From assembly GCA_965651205.1 (NCBI GenBank), contig CBFGRM010000005.1, positions 6,677-70,676 on the forward strand: 64,000 nt of DNA, written 5' to 3'. The notes beneath the pieces were generated by a model. The model was not told the origin of the DNA, did not search any database, and saw only the letters and a program-made list of their open reading frames with translations. Numbering within the stretch: position 1 is the stretch's first letter; every line of letters begins with the position of its first letter. This DNA is from an uncultured bacterium (lineage in GTDB: Bacteria > Gemmatimonadota > Gemmatimonadetes > Gemmatimonadales > GWC2-71-9). Both the position numbers and the translations under genes were made by a program. Below are positions 59,934 through 64,000 of the stretch, piece by piece.

Positions 59934-61045
59934 GCGGCCGCCAATTGGGGCATCGGACGGTCGGGACGATACGGTGCCGGGTCGAGCGGCGGTGCGTCGC
60001 CGAGAATGGCACTGGCGATCAGTTCTGCTGTGACAGGCGCCATCGTGATGCCGAGTCCCTCGTGGCCGGTTGCGATCCAGGTGCCGGGCATCGCGGGCCA
60101 TTCGCCGATCAGTGGCAGCGAGTCCGGGGTGGCCGGCCTGAAGCCCACCCAGGTGCGCGACACCGGTGCGCCGCCGAGTCCAGGCACGAAACCTATCGCG
60201 CGAGATAGCATCCCGCCCACCAGTTCGCGGTTGATTGCGGGGTCGTGTCCCACCAGCTCGCGTGAGGAGCCGATCAGCAATTGACCGGTGCGCCGCGGTT
60301 GCACGTTGAACGCCACCGAGGCACCGCCCAAGGTGTGAGCAGTGTGCAGGTATCCGAGCTCGACGAGCTGGTGATTGATGCGGACCGGCTGTCGATCGGT
60401 GATCACCAGGTGTCCGCGACGGGGCACCACTGGCAGGTCGGGTATCAGGTCGGCGGATCGCGATCCTGCCGCCACAACGATCTGCCCTGTGCTGATCAGC
60501 CCACCATCTGCCAGCCTGACTCCTTCGCCGCCGATCGAAATCGCGCGAGCCCGACGGTACTCGGCACCACGACCGAGCGCCCGTTCGAGCAACGCGCGGG
60601 CGATCACCGGCGGATAGCAGACCAGGTCGTCGGGAATCCGGAGCGCCCCGGCCAGGCCGGGCCTGGTGGCTGGTTCTGCCTCCCGCAGTTGAATGGAGTC
60701 CAGCAGCTCGGCGGCGACACCCTCGTTGCGAAAGCGGGCAACCTTGTCGCGGGCGGCATCCAGTTCTTCATCGGAGTCCGCCAACCACAGCGTGCCGGTG
60801 CGCACCGGTTCGGCACTGTCAGGCAATTCCTCGAACATCTGCTGCCAGCGCACCCGGGACAGGTGACACAGCCGCAGTTGCGCCGGTGAGTCGTCCATCA
60901 CCACGATGTGACCCATCGCAGCACCGGTGCTGCCAGCTCCGGCAAAGTCGGATTCGACCACCGTGACGCGCAGGTGTGGTGCCAGCAGGTCGGCGACCGC
61001 CGCGCCCACCACGCCGGCGCCGATCACCACCACGTCGCTGGTCAT
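59930..61045 (-). CDS. FAD-dependent D-amino-acid-dehydrogenase-type oxidoreductase (LhpB/HcnC-like)
   Basis: 371 aa of DAO-family length and pattern, starting VVVIGAGVVGAAVADLL. ATGA overlap with the epimerase gene. Confidence 0.85.
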   Translation of the reverse strand: MTSDVVVIGAGVVGAAVADLLAPHLRVTVVESDFAGAGSTGAAMGHIVVMDDSPAQLRLCHLSRVRWQQMFEELPDSAEPVRTGTLWLADSDEELDAARDKVARFRNEGVAAELLDSIQLREAEPATRPGLAGALRIPDDLVCYPPVIARALLERALGRGAEYRRARAISIGGEGVRLADGGLISTGQIVVAAGSRSADLIPDLPVVPRRGHLVITDRQPVRINHQLVELGYLHTAHTLGGASVAFNVQPRRTGQLLIGSSRELVGHDPAINRELVGGMLSRAIGFVPGLGGAPVSRTWVGFRPATPDSLPLIGEWPAMPGTWIATGHEGLGITMAPVTAELIASAILGDAPPLDPAPYRPDRPMPQLAAA

Positions 61046-61986
61046 CCCAGCCCGGTAGCGAACGGGTCCGCTTCATCGAACAACAGCGTGGCGCGCGCGG
61101 TGACAAATGCCCGGCCGCGGACGTGCGGGATGAGCTTGCCGTCGACCGGTTCCAACCAGCCGACAAACCTCGAACCGATGATGCTCTCCTGTCGCCACAA
61201 CTGCCCCACCTCCAGCTCACCGCGCGCGTGCAGCGCGGCCATCTTGGCCGACGTGCCGGTGCCGCAGGGCGAACGATCATACGCAGACCCCGGACACAGC
61301 ACGAAGTTGCGCGAGTCCGCGTCGGGCCGGGTGGGTGGACCGAACAGCTCGACGTGATCGATGACTCCGGCGTCGTCACCGGTGATTCCGGCCGAGCTCA
61401 GTGCGTTGCGGATCGAGGTGGTGATCTGCAGCAATTCGGCGCGGTGCGCCAGGTCCAGTGGCGGGTGTTCGATCCTGGCGAGGAAGAACCAGTTGCCACC
61501 CCAGGCCACGTCGCCGGTGACCGTGCCGATGCCATCGACAGTCACGCTCACGTCGCGACGATGCAACCGGGCTGGCACGTTCCGGATAGTCACCGCCCCG
61601 TCCTCCTCCAGCAGCGCACTCACTGGCCCGACCGGGGTGTCGACCTCCACCCTTCCCGGCTCGAGCCGACCGAGATGCTCCAGCGTGCGCACCACGCCGA
61701 TCAGTCCGTGACCGCACATTCCCAACCAGCCGATGTCGTTGAAAAACGCCACGCCGGTCGCCGCTTCGGGCCGGTCGGGCGGCAACAGCAGTGCACCCAC
61801 GATGGCCTCGTGTCCACGCGGCTCGAGCACGACCGCGCGTCGCCACGAATCGAAATCGCGCTTGAGGACCTCGAGCCGCTCCGCCACGCTGCCGCCGGGC
61901 GGCAGCGGCCAGCCGCTTATCACCACCCTGGTCGGCTCGCCTTCGGTGTGCGAATCGACCACTTCGACCGGCCCGCTCGGTCTCAC
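61042..61986 (-). CDS. 4-hydroxyproline 2-epimerase (proline racemase family)
   Basis: GTG 61986 sits in a GTGA overlap. It has VVDSHTEGEPTRVV, and both catalytic cysteines are present (GMCGHG and DRSPCGTG). Confidence 0.85.
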   Translation of the reverse strand: MRPSGPVEVVDSHTEGEPTRVVISGWPLPPGGSVAERLEVLKRDFDSWRRAVVLEPRGHEAIVGALLLPPDRPEAATGVAFFNDIGWLGMCGHGLIGVVRTLEHLGRLEPGRVEVDTPVGPVSALLEEDGAVTIRNVPARLHRRDVSVTVDGIGTVTGDVAWGGNWFFLARIEHPPLDLAHRAELLQITTSIRNALSSAGITGDDAGVIDHVELFGPPTRPDADSRNFVLCPGSAYDRSPCGTGTSAKMAALHARGELEVGQLWRQESIIGSRFVGWLEPVDGKLIPHVRGRAFVTARATLLFDEADPFATGLG

Positions 61987-62888
61987 GCCCGGTTCACCTT
62001 CCGCATCGCCAGGCGTTCGTTGATGACGGCCATAGCCAAATCGCGCTCGGCGCCCTCGAGCTCGAGTCGTGGCGGTCTGACCCGCTCCGAACCCAGGCCA
62101 CACTCCTTCTGTACCAGCTTGATCAACTGCACGAACTTCGGAACGGTGTCCAGCTTGAGCAGCGGCAGGAACCATTCGTACAACTTGCGCGCCTCGGCGC
62201 TGCGGCCCTCGGCAGCGTGTTCGAACAACAGCACCGATTCCTCGGGGAGGGCGTTCACCAGGCCGGCCACCCAGCCGGTCGCGCCTGCCGCCACCCCCTC
62301 CACCAGCGCGTCATCGAGCCCGACAAACAGCGCCAGCCGGTCGCCCAGCAGGGCGCGCATTGCAGTGATGCGGCGGACATCACCGCTGGAATCCTTGACC
62401 GCGTGCAGGTTGTCGGCGTCGGCCAGTTCGCGAACCTGTTCCGGGGTGAAGTCGATCCCGTAGGCAGCGGGGTTGTTGTACAGCATACACGACAGCGGCG
62501 TCGCATTGATCACGGCAAGCACGTGGGCCCGGGTTTCGGGCCAATCACCCTTGTGAACGTATGGTGGCAGCACCATCAGCCCGCGACAGCCGACCTTGGC
62601 CGCAGCCTGCGCGAGTCTCACTGCCTCGTCGGTGGAGAGAGCCGCGATGCCGGCTACCACCGGCACCCGGTCGCCAACCGCCTTGACCAGGGTGCCGAGC
62701 ACCTCGACCTTCTCGTCGAACGTCAGCGTGGCGCCCTCGCCGAGTGAGCCGAGTGCCACGATGCCGCGCGAACCAGCGGCGACCAGGCGACGGGAGTGAC
62801 CCGCGAGGAACTCGTGATCGACGCCGCCATCGGAGTCGAAGGGTGTGGTGATTGCCGGAAATACTCCCTGCCACATCTCGCGCGACAT
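61983..62888 (-). CDS. DapA/DHDPS-family lyase, probable delta1-pyrroline-4-hydroxy-2-carboxylate deaminase
   Basis: 301 aa. It reads GVFPAITTPF...GIVALGSLGEGATL...VVAGIA. GAGGA RBS. The function is inferred from context between the epimerase and the aldehyde dehydrogenase. Confidence 0.8.
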   Translation of the reverse strand: MSREMWQGVFPAITTPFDSDGGVDHEFLAGHSRRLVAAGSRGIVALGSLGEGATLTFDEKVEVLGTLVKAVGDRVPVVAGIAALSTDEAVRLAQAAAKVGCRGLMVLPPYVHKGDWPETRAHVLAVINATPLSCMLYNNPAAYGIDFTPEQVRELADADNLHAVKDSSGDVRRITAMRALLGDRLALFVGLDDALVEGVAAGATGWVAGLVNALPEESVLLFEHAAEGRSAEARKLYEWFLPLLKLDTVPKFVQLIKLVQKECGLGSERVRPPRLELEGAERDLAMAVINERLAMRKVNRA

Positions 62889-62899
62889 CGGTGTTCCTC

Positions 62900-64000
62900 T
62901 CAGGTATGAATCTGGACGGTGCGGATCTCGGTGTAGAACTCTCGTGCGGCGGGGCCCTGTTCCCGCGACCCCGAGCTGGAACCCTTCACGCCACCGAAGG
63001 GTGCGTGGGGATCGACGCCGGTGGTGTCGCCGTTGACGCGCACCAGCCCGACCTCGATCTCACGGATGTATTGCCAGGCCTCGTGGAGGTCGCTGGTGAA
63101 GCACGAGGCCGACAGGCCGTAACGGCTGTCGTTGGCAAGCGCGATCGCGTGCGGGAGGTCTCGTGCCTCCAGTGCAACCAATACCGGACCGAACAGTTCC
63201 TCGCGTGCCAGCGGATTGGTGGCATCGTCAAGGCGGAACAGTTGCGGCGCGATCCAATTGCCGTGGGCCCACTCCGGGCCATCGGGAATCGCGGACCTGA
63301 GTGCGGGAGTGAGCCCTGCAGCCCCGATCGCTGACTCGACCCGCTGTCGCGCCGCCTCGGTGATCAGTGGGCCGATGGCCGCATCCGGTTCGGTGACCGG
63401 CCCCAGCGACAGTTGCTTCATCGCGGCGTCGAGATGCGACAGGAACGGTTCCATCACACCCGACTCGACGATCACTCGGGAAGTGGCGGTGCACTTCTGG
63501 CCGGCGTACCGGAACGCACCAGCGGCAGTGAGCTGAGCGGCCCGCTCGAGATTGCCGCGCGCGGTCACTATCACCACGTTCTTGCCGCCCATTTCGGCCT
63601 GGCAACGGATGTTCCGCGCGGCGGCGCCGGCCTGGATCCGGGCCCCGACGGCACCCGAACCGGTGAACGAGATCGCCCGGATTCCGGGATGCTCCACCAG
63701 CGCGGCACCGGTGCCGCCGTCACCCAGTACCACGTTGAAGGTGCCAGGCGGCAAACCGGCGTTGACGGCGCATTCAGCCAGCATCGTGGCGATGCCGCTG
63801 GCGTGTTCGGACGGCTTGAGCACCACGGTGTTGCCGAAGGCCAGTGCTGGCGCTGCCTTCCAGAGCGGGATCGCGGCGGGGAAGTTCCACGGGGTGATGA
63901 GGGCAACAGGACCGACCGGATCGTGCAGCGTGTACTGCATCGTGTCGCCGGCCTGAGCCGGGATCACCGCACCGATATCGCGCACCGCCTCGCCGGCGTA
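62900..64000 (-). CDS. Aldehyde dehydrogenase, probable alpha-ketoglutaric semialdehyde dehydrogenase (5' end outside window)
   Basis: It has ITPWNFP, EMGGKNVV and GQKCTATSR (catalytic Cys). The frame stays open to position 64000 (..YAGEAVRDIG..), so the gene is truncated by the window edge. Confidence 0.85.
   Translation of the reverse strand, partial: YAGEAVRDIGAVIPAQAGDTMQYTLHDPVGPVALITPWNFPAAIPLWKAAPALAFGNTVVLKPSEHASGIATMLAECAVNAGLPPGTFNVVLGDGGTGAALVEHPGIRAISFTGSGAVGARIQAGAAARNIRCQAEMGGKNVVIVTARGNLERAAQLTAAGAFRYAGQKCTATSRVIVESGVMEPFLSHLDAAMKQLSLGPVTEPDAAIGPLITEAARQRVESAIGAAGLTPALRSAIPDGPEWAHGNWIAPQLFRLDDATNPLAREELFGPVLVALEARDLPHAIALANDSRYGLSASCFTSDLHEAWQYIREIEVGLVRVNGDTTGVDPHAPFGGVKGSSSGSREQGPAAREFYTEIRTVQIHT

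Overview
Visibly GC-rich bacterial chromosomal segment. Gene content and signal peptides ending in AAQ or AQ suggest a Gemmatimonadota/Acidobacteriota-type soil bacterium, but that is inference only. I call about 55 protein-coding genes, 3 tRNAs, one probable gene remnant and a few hairpin or operator-like sites. I see no rRNA, CRISPR array, transposase, integrase or phage genes. The many long Arg/Gly/Pro-rich ORFs in the track are shadow frames of the real genes. Operons are very compact: most same-strand junctions are 4-nt GTGA/ATGA start/stop overlaps. Left to right: luciferase-like oxidoreductase; fused isobutyryl-CoA mutase IcmF; two secreted beta-propeller lipoproteins, one with a 21-proline linker; an MscS-like channel; CopC; a glycogen operon (glgP, glgA, three GH57 paralogues); a Ser/Thr kinase coupled to an outer-membrane protein; aguB-aguA; SCP2 and acyl-CoA oxidase; M14 and S9 peptidases; an MBL hydrolase-arginase-SIMPL operon; NlpC/P60; a Ku plus three-gene split LigD NHEJ operon; an amino-acid permease; a four-gene sugar salvage-like operon; a second Ser/Thr kinase with a Big_2 lipoprotein; a tRNA Pro/Thr/Leu cluster; SURF1; M19 dipeptidase; a phosphodiesterase; a Fur-family regulator coupled to CopD; a signal-peptide-bearing CbiX-like protein; MarR; and a complete trans-4-hydroxyproline catabolic cluster with a three-subunit D-hydroxyproline dehydrogenase. 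I do not see a clear-cut new defence or mobile system. The best candidates for undescribed biology are: the secreted GH109-like enzyme / symporter / nucleotidyltransferase / GHMP kinase operon (41209-46422); the fully split LigD (36230-39385); the 131-bp seven-hairpin palindromic element between convergent peptidase genes (30347-30477); and the Fur-CopD / periplasmic CbiX-like metal locus with an AT-rich operator island (55728-58013). All functional calls come from reading motifs by eye. No database search was run.
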